Below, piece after piece: positions 40,687 to 49,561 of a stretch of DNA of 50,487 nucleotides (the stretch's first letter is position 1; each line of letters starts with the position of its first letter). The notes beneath the pieces were generated by a model. The model had not been told where the DNA came from. It searched no databases and saw only the letters and a program-made list of their open reading frames with translations. The DNA is from a virus. Made by a program: the position numbers and the translations under genes. The stretch spans positions 1-50,487 of IMG/VR virus record IMGVR_UViG_3300029852_000012. One strand, written 5' to 3'.

Positions 40687-41136
40687 ATGAAAACAGAACA
40701 AATTCTAAACCTTGACTACAGAAAAGAAGAAAGTCAAGAGATAATTCAGAAGGTGTTGAGGAAAATCAAACCACTTTCTAAATACTCAGATGAGAGCAAC
40801 GTTCCTATTGAAGCAATTGAAAAGCTCATTCGTGTGTTGGTTCAAAAATATGAAATCACACCACAATGGATGACGATGTCGTATTTCGAACCGATTCTTG
40901 GTATTTACTCAATCGGTGTAAAAACAACAACCGAGCATGAGTGGTTAGGAACAGTTTATGGTATGTGTCTGTATGAGGTATTTGCTAAGCTGGCAATTAA
41001 GATGTATTCTGAAGTAAAGTCTGGCAAAATACCGGTAAGGACTGCTACCAAGGAAGAAAAGGAAAGAGAACGACTTGCAAAGAAAGCTGATGCTAAGATG
41101 GCCGAAGCTGATGATGATGACGAAGATTGGAGTTAA
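40687..41136 (+). CDS. Hypothetical protein (149 aa)
   Basis: ORF with an upstream AAGGAGG. The C-terminus is acidic. Confidence 0.65.
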   Translation: MKTEQILNLDYRKEESQEIIQKVLRKIKPLSKYSDESNVPIEAIEKLIRVLVQKYEITPQWMTMSYFEPILGIYSIGVKTTTEHEWLGTVYGMCLYEVFAKLAIKMYSEVKSGKIPVRTATKEEKERERLAKKADAKMAEADDDDEDWS

Positions 41137-41149
41137 GGAGGAAGAACCA

Positions 41150-41629
41150 TTGAGAGTAAGAATCTTTACAGATGGTGCTTGCTCAGAAAATCCTGGCCCA
41201 GGTGGATGGGCTGCAGTCTTCAATACAGCAAACAAGTGTTCAATGATTAGTGGTAATGAAAAGACTACTACAAATAATCGTATGGAGCTTAAAGCTGTTA
41301 TTGAAGCATATAAGAAGGTACTGAGCAAGAATCTAAGTGATGCCGAATATGAGTTGTATTCTGACAGCGCTTATGTTGTTAACTCAATCAATAATGGCTG
41401 GATTGATAAGTGGCAGCAAAATAATTGGAAGACAACTAAAAATGATGATGTAAAGAACAGAGATTTGTGGGAGGAACTTGCATTCCTAAGAAACAGAACA
41501 AGGTCTCTTGGTATTTACATAAAAATCATAAAGATTAAAGGTCATGCCGGCAACACCTTCAATGAGCTGGTTGATAAGCTGGCTAAAGAGGAATCACTCA
41601 AAGCAAAGGAAGGTGTTGACTATGATTAA
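41150..41629 (+). CDS. rnhA: Ribonuclease HI
   Basis: TTG 41150 after AAGGAGGAAG. Contains IFTDGACSENPGPGGWAAVF, NNRMELKAV and IKGHAGNTFNELVDKLA. Confidence 0.9.
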   Translation: MRVRIFTDGACSENPGPGGWAAVFNTANKCSMISGNEKTTTNNRMELKAVIEAYKKVLSKNLSDAEYELYSDSAYVVNSINNGWIDKWQQNNWKTTKNDDVKNRDLWEELAFLRNRTRSLGIYIKIIKIKGHAGNTFNELVDKLAKEESLKAKEGVDYD

Positions 41630-42005
41630 GTACTCAAGAGAGTTTTACAAGAAATCATTCACAGCCGATACAATGAAATCGGCATACATGTCGGCTGTGA
41701 AATGGTATTCAACAAATGTATTAAGTAAAGCTGAATTTGTAAATGTTCAGGTGCAATTCATCAAAGAGGACAAAGACGAATATCCAACTATTACGATACA
41801 TTTGTTTGCAGTTCAGGACGGAGAAAACGATGTAATGTCTCAGCATTGTCAGTGCTGTAAAGAGATGCATCATAGCTTCTTCATAAACGAGGACACACAT
41901 TGCGATAGATGCAGTGCTGCTGGTTTTCAAAGACGTCTTGAAGAAAAGATAAATATAAAAATGAACTACTACAAAGAAATGCTTAGAAAGCGATTGGAGG
42001 AATAA
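41622..42005 (+). CDS. Hypothetical Cys/His-rich protein (127 aa)
   Basis: ATG 41622 after AAGGAAGG. Contains HCQCCKEMHH...HCDRC. Confidence 0.6.
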   Translation: MIKYSREFYKKSFTADTMKSAYMSAVKWYSTNVLSKAEFVNVQVQFIKEDKDEYPTITIHLFAVQDGENDVMSQHCQCCKEMHHSFFINEDTHCDRCSAAGFQRRLEEKINIKMNYYKEMLRKRLEE

Positions 42006-42007
42006 AC

Positions 42008-42403
42008 ATGAAGAGATTCTTTAGTATTATGGGTGCAATCATCGTTGATGTTGTACGAGCTGTTGATTATTTCATTACAAGCAACCTTAGGAATTTTGCT
42101 TGGATTTTGAATTTCATTCTTCCGTATCTGATGTATATCGTAGGTCAGAATGTATGTGCAACAAGAGGTTATCTTGGTGTAGGTGGTGAGCTGTTCATAC
42201 CGATTGTATTTTGTGTGATTACATACGTACTTCGTTCTTACGCAAATAAGATTGGTAAAGGTACAACTATTCCGGTACCTGATAAGAGATTCACTGAAGT
42301 TGATGACTATGGTGAAGTATCTATCCCGAACAATCGTATTCAGGAATTGATTTTGTACTTGGCTGACCTTGAGGACTGGCTTGAACGTAAAGGCCTGTTA
42401 TAA
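42008..42403 (+). CDS. Membrane protein (131 aa, 2-3 TM helices), hypothetical
   Basis: Hydrophobic N-terminal two thirds. The stop codon lies inside the left arm of palindromic element C. Confidence 0.65.
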   Translation: MKRFFSIMGAIIVDVVRAVDYFITSNLRNFAWILNFILPYLMYIVGQNVCATRGYLGVGGELFIPIVFCVITYVLRSYANKIGKGTTIPVPDKRFTEVDDYGEVSIPNNRIQELILYLADLEDWLERKGLL

Positions 42404-42510
42404 TCCAGAAGTTATCCAGATTGTCCCAGATTTAATTTTAATTATTAAGGTAAGGAAATATATATCTTATAAATTAAAATCAATCTGGGGTCATTCTGGA
42501 ATCCCTGGTG
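42400..42510. repeat. Palindromic CCAGR/YCTGG intergenic element, copy C
   Basis: CCAGA at 42405, 42416 and 42426; CTGG at 42485, 42496 and 42505. The arms plus AT-rich core form a near-perfect ~110-bp palindrome. Confidence 0.75.
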
Positions 42511-42539
42511 ATATACTAAAAAGTAAAGGAGGAAATCAA

Positions 42540-43067
42540 ATGGCAGCATGGGAATATTTTACCAGTCAAAAACAATGGGAAGCCTATCTTAAGGACTTGT
42601 TAAAGACTAACGACAAAGCATTACTCAGAGCTATTGTGTTGGTATACGACAATCAAACACCTGAAGAGAAAGACAAAGGTGAAAGTATTGAGGACAATTG
42701 CATTGGATTCAGTAAAATCGATGCCAAAGAGATGGGAGACGTTGCAAGAAAGATAAAAGCCAATAAGGCACTAACAAAAGGGGAACTTGCTAAATCACGT
42801 AACAAAATGCAGAAATACTGGAAGCAATTGATGATTATCAGCAAGAAGCAGGTAGAAGCCAAGAAATTGCAGGAGCAAAGAGAATTAGAAGCCAAGTTGA
42901 CAGAAGAGGAATTGGCAGCTCAGAAAGAAGATGAAGAAAAGCTTGAGAGATTCAGACAGGACATTGAAACATTACGTAAGTGTTCAGAGGAAGGAATCTC
43001 ATGTGAGTATGGCATCTGTGATGAGTGCCCTATCACAACAGGTTTTCAGCTAAGGTTTAAGTGTTAA
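42540..43067 (+). CDS. Hypothetical protein (175 aa)
   Basis: ATG 42540 after AAAGGAGGAAA. Contains ...LLRAIVLVYDNQTPEEKD...GFSKIDAKEMGDVA... and a C-terminal Cys pair. Confidence 0.7.
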   Translation: MAAWEYFTSQKQWEAYLKDLLKTNDKALLRAIVLVYDNQTPEEKDKGESIEDNCIGFSKIDAKEMGDVARKIKANKALTKGELAKSRNKMQKYWKQLMIISKKQVEAKKLQEQRELEAKLTEEELAAQKEDEEKLERFRQDIETLRKCSEEGISCEYGICDECPITTGFQLRFKC

Positions 43068-43085
43068 GAGGAACGGAGGAACAAC

Positions 43086-43748
43086 ATGAAAAAGTCACAA
43101 TATATCAAGCAAAGACGCATTCAGCAAAGAAATCTTAAGAGGGTAATGTGCAAGAACATGATATGGCATATAATTATTATTGCTATTATAATGATTATAG
43201 CATTATGTAACATGCCAAAAGTAATTGCTGAAAAGGAAGACACATTAGAGAGAGTAAGTGAATCTTATGTCAATAAGACCACAACGCCTTATGTGTCTAA
43301 TCTGGTTACATTTGAGCCTCAAGCAGAAGAGGAATCAAGTGAGGTTGATGTTGATTACTATCCTGAGTTTACATACAGCAAAGACTGGTCAGCACAAGAA
43401 AGCTATTTGCTGGCAAGAATTGCAATGGCAGAAGCTGAAGGATGTAACACTCAAACCAAAACACTAATCATTATGTGTGTACTAAATCGTGTATGGTCTG
43501 ATGAGTTTCCTGACACAATAGAGGAAGTAATATTCCAGGAAAATCAGTTTAGTCCTATTGACAATGGACGTTGGGATAGAGTTGAGCCAAACGAAGATTG
43601 CTATGAAGCTGTAAAGGTAGTTATGGAAGCCAAGTATGACTACAGTGGTGGCGCAACATACTTTGAAAGCTGTGATGACGAAGATAACTGGCATAGCAGA
43701 AATCTTGAGTTTCTATACGAATCAGAAGGAATCAGATTTTATAAGTAA
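43086..43748 (+). CDS. SleB/CwlJ-type cell-wall hydrolase with N-terminal membrane anchor
   Basis: TM segment IWHIIIIAIIMIIALC, then LLARIAMAEAEGCNTQTKTLIIMCVLNRVWSDEFPDTIEEVIFQENQFSP. Confidence 0.75.
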   Translation: MKKSQYIKQRRIQQRNLKRVMCKNMIWHIIIIAIIMIIALCNMPKVIAEKEDTLERVSESYVNKTTTPYVSNLVTFEPQAEEESSEVDVDYYPEFTYSKDWSAQESYLLARIAMAEAEGCNTQTKTLIIMCVLNRVWSDEFPDTIEEVIFQENQFSPIDNGRWDRVEPNEDCYEAVKVVMEAKYDYSGGATYFESCDDEDNWHSRNLEFLYESEGIRFYK

Positions 43749-43760
43749 GGAGTGATTTAA

Positions 43761-44306
43761 GTGGCAAACGAAAATATTCAGGTTGAAATTCTTAGGAATC
43801 CAACCAAAGCAGACTGGGCAAGGTGTAAAGAACTGGCATTAAATACCATTGGTAAGAAGTATGCTGGTAAAGAAGTGACCGATGAGTGGAAGAGGCAAAT
43901 TCTCAAAGCTCAGCATTCACCTATCAGAACATTGATGTTCACAATCAGGTTGACTATTCCGTATTTTGCATCAGTGCATCTGGTACGTCATAAGATTGGT
44001 ATTGAACATTACGTTCAGTCTCAAAGAAATGACAGGCAAACTATGTACGATAGAGAGTTGGCACCACAGAATGCAATGGTAAGTCACATCATTGATGTAA
44101 ATGTAGAGCAGCTCATGTTCATGTCACATCGTAGACTATGTGGTATGGCTGATGCAACTACAAGATACATCATGACGCAAATCTGTAAGGAGGTTGAAAA
44201 GGTCAATCCTGAATTTAAGGGCTTCCTTATTCCTATGTGTGAATATCGTCATGAATGTCCAGAGTTTAAGAGCTGTGGTTACTATAAGGAGCACAACAAT
44301 GAGTAA
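43761..44306 (+). CDS. Second ThyX-fold protein, short and divergent
   Basis: GTG start after AAGGAG, 181 aa. HSPIRTLMFTIRLTIPYFASVHLVRHKIGIEHYVQSQRND aligns to the ThyX core with RHK in place of RHR. Confidence 0.6.
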   Translation: MANENIQVEILRNPTKADWARCKELALNTIGKKYAGKEVTDEWKRQILKAQHSPIRTLMFTIRLTIPYFASVHLVRHKIGIEHYVQSQRNDRQTMYDRELAPQNAMVSHIIDVNVEQLMFMSHRRLCGMADATTRYIMTQICKEVEKVNPEFKGFLIPMCEYRHECPEFKSCGYYKEHNNE

Positions 44307-44685
44307 CAGAGCAGCAAGAAGAGCTGCAGCAAAACAAGGTAAGGTTGTACCAAAAGAGAAAGTATACACATTGACTGAATCACAAATAGCCGATATGCTT
44401 GCAAAGGAAAGGCGTAAAGCTTATGAAGAGGCCAGTAAGATAGCAGGTCAGAAATCTGTTGATATTGCCTGGCAGCTTATGTTAGCCATTCCTTGTGAGG
44501 TGTTACTTGGTGATGGCTACTGGCCTAAGACAGCAAAGAAGAGATTGCCTAAGTTTGTTGATGATTGCTTAAGTTTATATGATTCTTATAATGCTGGTGT
44601 ATTGACATTGGCTGAATTAAGAGAGGACCTCTGGAAATGGGGAGGCGTTAAGCTTGAGGTGGATGAATCAGTAAAGGATGCATGA
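44299..44685 (+). CDS. Hypothetical protein (128 aa)
   Basis: ATG 44299 overlaps the upstream 3' end by 8 nt. The N-terminus MSNRAARRAAAKQGK is basic. Confidence 0.6.
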   Translation: MSNRAARRAAAKQGKVVPKEKVYTLTESQIADMLAKERRKAYEEASKIAGQKSVDIAWQLMLAIPCEVLLGDGYWPKTAKKRLPKFVDDCLSLYDSYNAGVLTLAELREDLWKWGGVKLEVDESVKDA

Positions 44686-44687
44686 TA

Positions 44688-44800
44688 ATCCCAGGATAAT
44701 CCAGAATGACTTCTGGTTAACTTTATTGGATATTTAATATAAATCCATATAAAACAAATTGGATTCATTCTGGATTATCTGGTGACCTTCTGGAATGGCC
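44688..44800. repeat. Palindromic CCAGR/YCTGG intergenic element, copy D
   Basis: CCAGR at 44691 and 44701; CTGG at 44713, 44770, 44779 and 44790. AATCCAGAATGA(C) on the left matches (T)TCATTCTGGATT on the right as an inverted repeat. Confidence 0.75.
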
Positions 44801-44868
44801 TTAAAATAAATCAGCCTGATACTGATAAAATAAAATTGAAAAATCTTCAAAAACTTTTAAGAAAAGTA

Positions 44869-44897
44869 TGTACAAACCTATTTGATTGTGGTATAAT
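44869..44897 (+). promoter_or_regulatory. Promoter P8: TGTACA-N17-TATAAT
   Basis: TGTACA 44869-74 and tgGTATAAT with TATAAT at 44892-97. Upstream is ttgaaaaatcttcaaaaacttttaagaaaa. Confidence 0.7.
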
Positions 44898-44966
44898 TTA
44901 ATCAAGGTTAAGGAATGAACCTAACCGAAACCAAAAATCAAATTAAGAGTTCAGGAGGACAAAGTG

Positions 44967-45449
44967 ATGAAGAAAATCAATGAAATGAGTGTTAAGGAAT
45001 TACGTGATGTTGCTAAGGAGTTAAACATTGCATGTCGTTGGGATATGACTAAGGCACAGCTGGTTGAGGCAATCGAGAAAATTGAGAATGAGAAAAAGGC
45101 TGCAAAGCAAGTTAAGAAGGAATCCAACAAGGAAAAAGCAATGCGTATTCAAAGAGCATTCGTTGAGGTTGGTGATACTCGTAAGGAAGTTTACAGATAC
45201 ATCACAATCACAGTTAAGAATGCAGAGGAATCCAAAGCTGCAGATTATATCGATGCTGTATGTGCAAAGATGCAGGAAATGGATGAAGAATTTGAAGCTG
45301 AATACACAGCATTGAGATGTCCTGATTATGATGAGGCTACAAAGTCTTACACAGATATGATTAGCTTCACAAAAGCTGCAGGTAAGATTGCAGTTCAGAG
45401 ACAGTATGTTGGTAAGCTGATGACTAAAGCTATGGCGGCATTAAAATAA
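44967..45449 (+). CDS. HeH/Rho-N-like domain protein, N-terminal paralogue of 20357..20869
   Basis: MSVKELRDVAKELNIACRWDMTKAQLVEAIEKI. ATG 44967 lies 9 nt after AGGAGG. Confidence 0.7.
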   Translation: MKKINEMSVKELRDVAKELNIACRWDMTKAQLVEAIEKIENEKKAAKQVKKESNKEKAMRIQRAFVEVGDTRKEVYRYITITVKNAEESKAADYIDAVCAKMQEMDEEFEAEYTALRCPDYDEATKSYTDMISFTKAAGKIAVQRQYVGKLMTKAMAALK

Positions 45450-45546
45450 GGTAAAGCGTAAGCAAACCAAATTGTTAAAGAGGAACGAGCTTGGATGAAA
45501 TATTCCAGGCTTTGTTCTATTTTGGAGGAAAGGAGAACGCAACACA

Positions 45547-46272
45547 ATGGCGTCAGAAAAGAAAACTAAAAATGAATGCATTGCCACAGAGTGGTTGGAA
45601 GAAGACAATCTGATGCTGTTGGAATGCTGGGCAAGAGACGGTTACACATTTCAAGATATTGCTAATCGTATTGGTATTTCAATAAGTACTCTTCGTGCTT
45701 GGAGAGTTCAATATCCTGAAATTGATAGTGCCCTTAAGAAAGGCCGAGAAATCATTGACTACAAAGTAGAAAACGCTCTTCTCAAATCAGCCTTAGGGTA
45801 TCATACAAAAGAAGTAAAGGTGACCACAACCATTCGATTTGGTAAGACAGTAGAGACAATCAAAGAGGTGACGGATAAAGAACAAGCACCAAACGTTTCT
45901 GCTATTCAGTGTTGGTTGTATAACAGACTTCCTAATAAATGGAAAAAGAATAGAGACCAGCTTATTGAGCTTGATGAAGAAGACACAAAGATTCAAGTAA
46001 CAGTAACAAGGGCAAGTGCAAGTCAGTCGACTACAGCTCAGCAAGATGAAACAGCAGAGGATAAAGAGTGGCAAGATGCAGTGAATCAGTCGATTGAAAT
46101 TCGCAGTGCTACAGAAGAAGAGAGGGCAGAGGCTGCCAAGAAGAAGGCTCAGACTAATGAGCAGAGCACTTCAAATGTGGCAACTAAAGTGGAGAATGAG
46201 GCATCTGATGAGGATTTAGACTATTGGCCTGATGATTGGGAAGATGATGAAGATGAAGAATGGGAGGACTAA
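45547..46272 (+). CDS. terS: Terminase small subunit
   Basis: 241 aa. N-terminal HTH (YTFQDIANRIGISISTLRAWRVQYPE) and an acidic C-terminus. Lies immediately upstream of terL. Confidence 0.7.
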   Translation: MASEKKTKNECIATEWLEEDNLMLLECWARDGYTFQDIANRIGISISTLRAWRVQYPEIDSALKKGREIIDYKVENALLKSALGYHTKEVKVTTTIRFGKTVETIKEVTDKEQAPNVSAIQCWLYNRLPNKWKKNRDQLIELDEEDTKIQVTVTRASASQSTTAQQDETAEDKEWQDAVNQSIEIRSATEEERAEAAKKKAQTNEQSTSNVATKVENEASDEDLDYWPDDWEDDEDEEWED

Positions 46273-46275
46273 ACT

Positions 46276-47643
46276 ATGAAGGTGACAAAAGCTGTTAGTC
46301 CGGCATTCGAGGACTTCTTATTCGATTGGGACTATGAACGATATTTGCTTATTGGTGGTTATGGTTCAGGTAAGTCATATCATATTGCATTCAAGATAAT
46401 CTTAAAGCTGCTTGAGGAAAAGCGTAAGGCACTGGTTATCAGAGAGGTGTATGATACTATTCAGGAATCTTGCTATGATTTGATTTGTGAGATACTCGAT
46501 GACATGGGACTATTGACTACTGACCCAAGGGAATTTAAGCGAAGACAAAACAGAGTCCTGGCATTGAAAAGCCCACTAAGGTTCAAGTTCAAGAATGGTA
46601 GTCAGATAATCTTCAAAGGAATGGACAAGCCTGAAAAGGTAAAGTCTATCAATGGTGTATCTATTGTCTGGTTGGAGGAGTGTTCTGAGATTAAGTATGA
46701 AGGTTACAAGGAATTGCTTGGTCGTATTCGTACACCAAACGTAAGCATGCACTTCATCTTAAGCTGTAACCCTATCGGCAGAGACAATTGGGTGTATAGA
46801 CACTTCTTTGTAAGACTGGATGATGAAGGTCAAGAAGATGTCATGGTGGATGAAGATAAGTTCTATGAAAAGCGATGCATCATTCACAATGGTACATACT
46901 ACCACCACAGTACACCAGATGATAATCCTTGGTTGCCTTGGCAGTACATGAAACGACTGGATGACCTTAAGAACTATGACTATCCATTATATGTGGTAGC
47001 TCGTTGGGGAAGATTCGGTGCAACTGGTACGAGAGTATTGCCTCAGTTTCTTATTGCAAAAGACCCAGTAACATTTAAAAGAGCAATTGAGAGACTTGGT
47101 CTTGAGAATCAGTACTTTGGCTTTGACTTTGGTTTTGAAGAATCATTCAATGCTGTTATCAGTATGAGTGTGGATTTGAAGAACAGTATCTTGTATATAT
47201 GGGATGAAATCTATATGAACCATGTGACAGATGATGTGTTTGCAAATCAGCCAGAGATGCAGAGCTTAAGGCGAAGAATAAACGACCTGAACAATGCAGG
47301 TCATAACAAAATGATTGTGGCTGATAATGAGGACCCTAAAGCAATCACTTACTACAGGCAAAACGGATTCAGAATTCGAGCTTGTAGAAATAAGTTTGCA
47401 GGTTCAAGGTTATCTAATACAAGAAAGGTAAAACGATTTAGAAAAATCGTAGTAAGTCCTAAGTGCAAGAATGTCATAAGGGAGTTAAAGGACTTGACTT
47501 ATAAGAAGGATGCAAAAGGTAACGTTATTTATGACCAGTTCAATATTGACCCTCACAGCTTCTCAGCTATCTGGTATGCACTTGATACAGTAACAGTTGC
47601 CGATGTTAAAGAGAAGGTATTTAATAGCCGTCAAAGAGACTAA
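46276..47643 (+). CDS. terL: Terminase large subunit
   Basis: 455 aa. Contains LLIGGYGSGKSY (Walker A) and IVWLEEC (Walker B). The C-terminal nuclease half is present. Confidence 0.9.
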   Translation: MKVTKAVSPAFEDFLFDWDYERYLLIGGYGSGKSYHIAFKIILKLLEEKRKALVIREVYDTIQESCYDLICEILDDMGLLTTDPREFKRRQNRVLALKSPLRFKFKNGSQIIFKGMDKPEKVKSINGVSIVWLEECSEIKYEGYKELLGRIRTPNVSMHFILSCNPIGRDNWVYRHFFVRLDDEGQEDVMVDEDKFYEKRCIIHNGTYYHHSTPDDNPWLPWQYMKRLDDLKNYDYPLYVVARWGRFGATGTRVLPQFLIAKDPVTFKRAIERLGLENQYFGFDFGFEESFNAVISMSVDLKNSILYIWDEIYMNHVTDDVFANQPEMQSLRRRINDLNNAGHNKMIVADNEDPKAITYYRQNGFRIRACRNKFAGSRLSNTRKVKRFRKIVVSPKCKNVIRELKDLTYKKDAKGNVIYDQFNIDPHSFSAIWYALDTVTVADVKEKVFNSRQRD

Positions 47644-47688
47644 GCTATTAAATATATGTTTAAGAAGATAAGAAAGGAGATAGGAACA

Positions 47689-47949
47689 ATGAACATTAAT
47701 TGGATTGTACGAATCAAGAATAAGGCGTTTTGGCTGGCTCTTATTCCGGCAGTGCTCCTGCTTATTCAGGTGATTGCAGCTCCATTTGGTTATGAATGGG
47801 ACTTCGTAGTTCTGAATGAGCAGCTGACTGCAATTATCAACGCAGTCTTTGGTGTTCTTGCAATTCTTGGTGTTGTTACTGACCCTACTACTGCCGGTGT
47901 AACTGACAGTAAGCAGGCGTTGACGTATACAACCCCGAAGGAGGACTAA
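47689..47949 (+). CDS. Holin
   Basis: ATG 47689 lies 8 nt after AAAGGAGA. 86 aa with two TM helices (AFWLALIPAVLLLIQVIAA and AIINAVFGVLAILGVV). Directly precedes the endolysin. An in-frame upstream ATG lies at 47656. Confidence 0.8.
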   Translation: MNINWIVRIKNKAFWLALIPAVLLLIQVIAAPFGYEWDFVVLNEQLTAIINAVFGVLAILGVVTDPTTAGVTDSKQALTYTTPKED

Positions 47950-47996
47950 AGAATGTCAATGAAAGGCGGTAAGAAAGGTAAAGGAGGCCGAAAGTA

Positions 47997-49547
47997 ATGG
48001 GAGCCTCTAATATCTATCAAAAGCTTAAAGCTGCAATTGGCAATGACTATGGTGTGTTTGGTCTTATGGGAAACCTTATGGCTGAATCTGGTCTAAAGGC
48101 AAACAATCTGCAGAACAGCTACAATAAGAAGCTGAATATCTCAGACGAGGACTATACCTTGGTCGTTGATGAAGGCGCTTATCCTGACTTTGTTACGGAC
48201 AAAGCAGGTTATGGATTGGCACAGTGGACATACTGGTCACGTAAGCAGAAGCTACTTCAGTATGCACAAGCTTATGGGTGTTCAATCGGTGATGAGAATA
48301 TGCAGGTTGACTTTATGATTGGCGAGCTTATGGCAAGCTACCCGTCAGTGCTGAATGTTCTTAAAAATGCGACATCTATTAGAGAGGCATCTGATTGTGT
48401 GCTTACTCAGTATGAAAGACCTGCTGACCAGTCCGAATCCGTTAAAGTAAAGCGAGCTGCTTATGGTGAAGACCTGATGAAGCAGTTGCTTGGTGGTAAC
48501 ACAATTACCGAAGGAAAGGAGGAAGCTATAGTGGGATATACAAATAGTCCTTTGGTAAGTTACACAAAACTCAGTCCTAATCATTCAGGACAGAGAACGC
48601 ATGCAATTGATCGTATTACTCCGCATTGTGTAGTTGGTCAGTGCAGTGTAGAGACACTTGGCAATATCTTTGCTCCAACAAGCAGGCAGGCATCATGCAA
48701 TTACGGCATTGGTGCTGATGGACGAGTTGGAATGTATTGCGAAGAGAAGAATCGTTCTTGGTGTAGTTCGTCTAATGCGAATGACCAAAGAGCAATCACA
48801 ATCGAGTGTGCATCTGACACTATAGCTCCATATGCATTTAAAGATGTCGTATACAACAAGCTTATTGAGCTGTGTGTAGATATTTGTAAGCGTAATGGAA
48901 AGACTAAGCTGCTTTGGCTTGGCGATAAAGACAAGACATTGGCTTACAATCCGGCTGCGAATGAGATGGTGCTTACAGTTCATCGTTGGTTTGCAAATAA
49001 GAGCTGCCCTGGCGATTGGATGTATCAGAGAATGGGTGACCTTGCTGCTAAGGTTACTGCTAAGCTTGGTGGTGCAACTACTACTGAGCCTGAGAAAACA
49101 CCTGACACTACTACGAATAACTTCCCTGCAGTTCCATTCACAGTCAATGTAAAGATTGATGATTTGAACTACAGAAGTCAGCCAAGTATGGAAGGTGCAG
49201 TCAAAGGTCAGACTGGCAAGGGTGTGTTCACAATCATTGAGGTCAATAATGGTTGGGGCAAGCTTAAGTCAGGTGTTGGTTGGATTTGGCTTGGCAACCC
49301 TCAGTATTGCACTATCAATGATACGGTAAAAGAAAGTACACCAACATTCAGTCCTTATAAAGTCAGGGTATCAATCAAAGACTTGAATATCAGAAAGGGA
49401 CCAGGTACCAACTATGCATCTAATGGATTCTGTCCTGTTGGTGTTTACACTATCATTGAGGAATCAAATGGTGCAGGCGCTACCAAGTGGGGTAAACTTA
49501 AGAGTGGAGCGGGTTGGATAAGTCTGGATTACGCAAAACGAGTTTAA
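47997..49547 (+). CDS. Endolysin: N-terminal lysozyme-like domain, N-acetylmuramoyl-L-alanine amidase, two SH3b domains
   Basis: 516 aa. Contains GLMGNLMAESG...GYGLAQWTYWSRK, then ITIECAS...HRWFANKSCPG, then two GWGKLKSG.GWI(W/S)L repeats. Confidence 0.9.
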   Translation: MGASNIYQKLKAAIGNDYGVFGLMGNLMAESGLKANNLQNSYNKKLNISDEDYTLVVDEGAYPDFVTDKAGYGLAQWTYWSRKQKLLQYAQAYGCSIGDENMQVDFMIGELMASYPSVLNVLKNATSIREASDCVLTQYERPADQSESVKVKRAAYGEDLMKQLLGGNTITEGKEEAIVGYTNSPLVSYTKLSPNHSGQRTHAIDRITPHCVVGQCSVETLGNIFAPTSRQASCNYGIGADGRVGMYCEEKNRSWCSSSNANDQRAITIECASDTIAPYAFKDVVYNKLIELCVDICKRNGKTKLLWLGDKDKTLAYNPAANEMVLTVHRWFANKSCPGDWMYQRMGDLAAKVTAKLGGATTTEPEKTPDTTTNNFPAVPFTVNVKIDDLNYRSQPSMEGAVKGQTGKGVFTIIEVNNGWGKLKSGVGWIWLGNPQYCTINDTVKESTPTFSPYKVRVSIKDLNIRKGPGTNYASNGFCPVGVYTIIEESNGAGATKWGKLKSGAGWISLDYAKRV

Positions 49548-49561
49548 GGAGGTAATGGAAG

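Noticed and set aside
47953-47997. 14-aa mini-ORF MSMKGGKKGKGGRK between the holin and the endolysin
   Set aside because: It is too short to support. The purine-rich sequence is better explained as the endolysin RBS region (AAAGGAGG).
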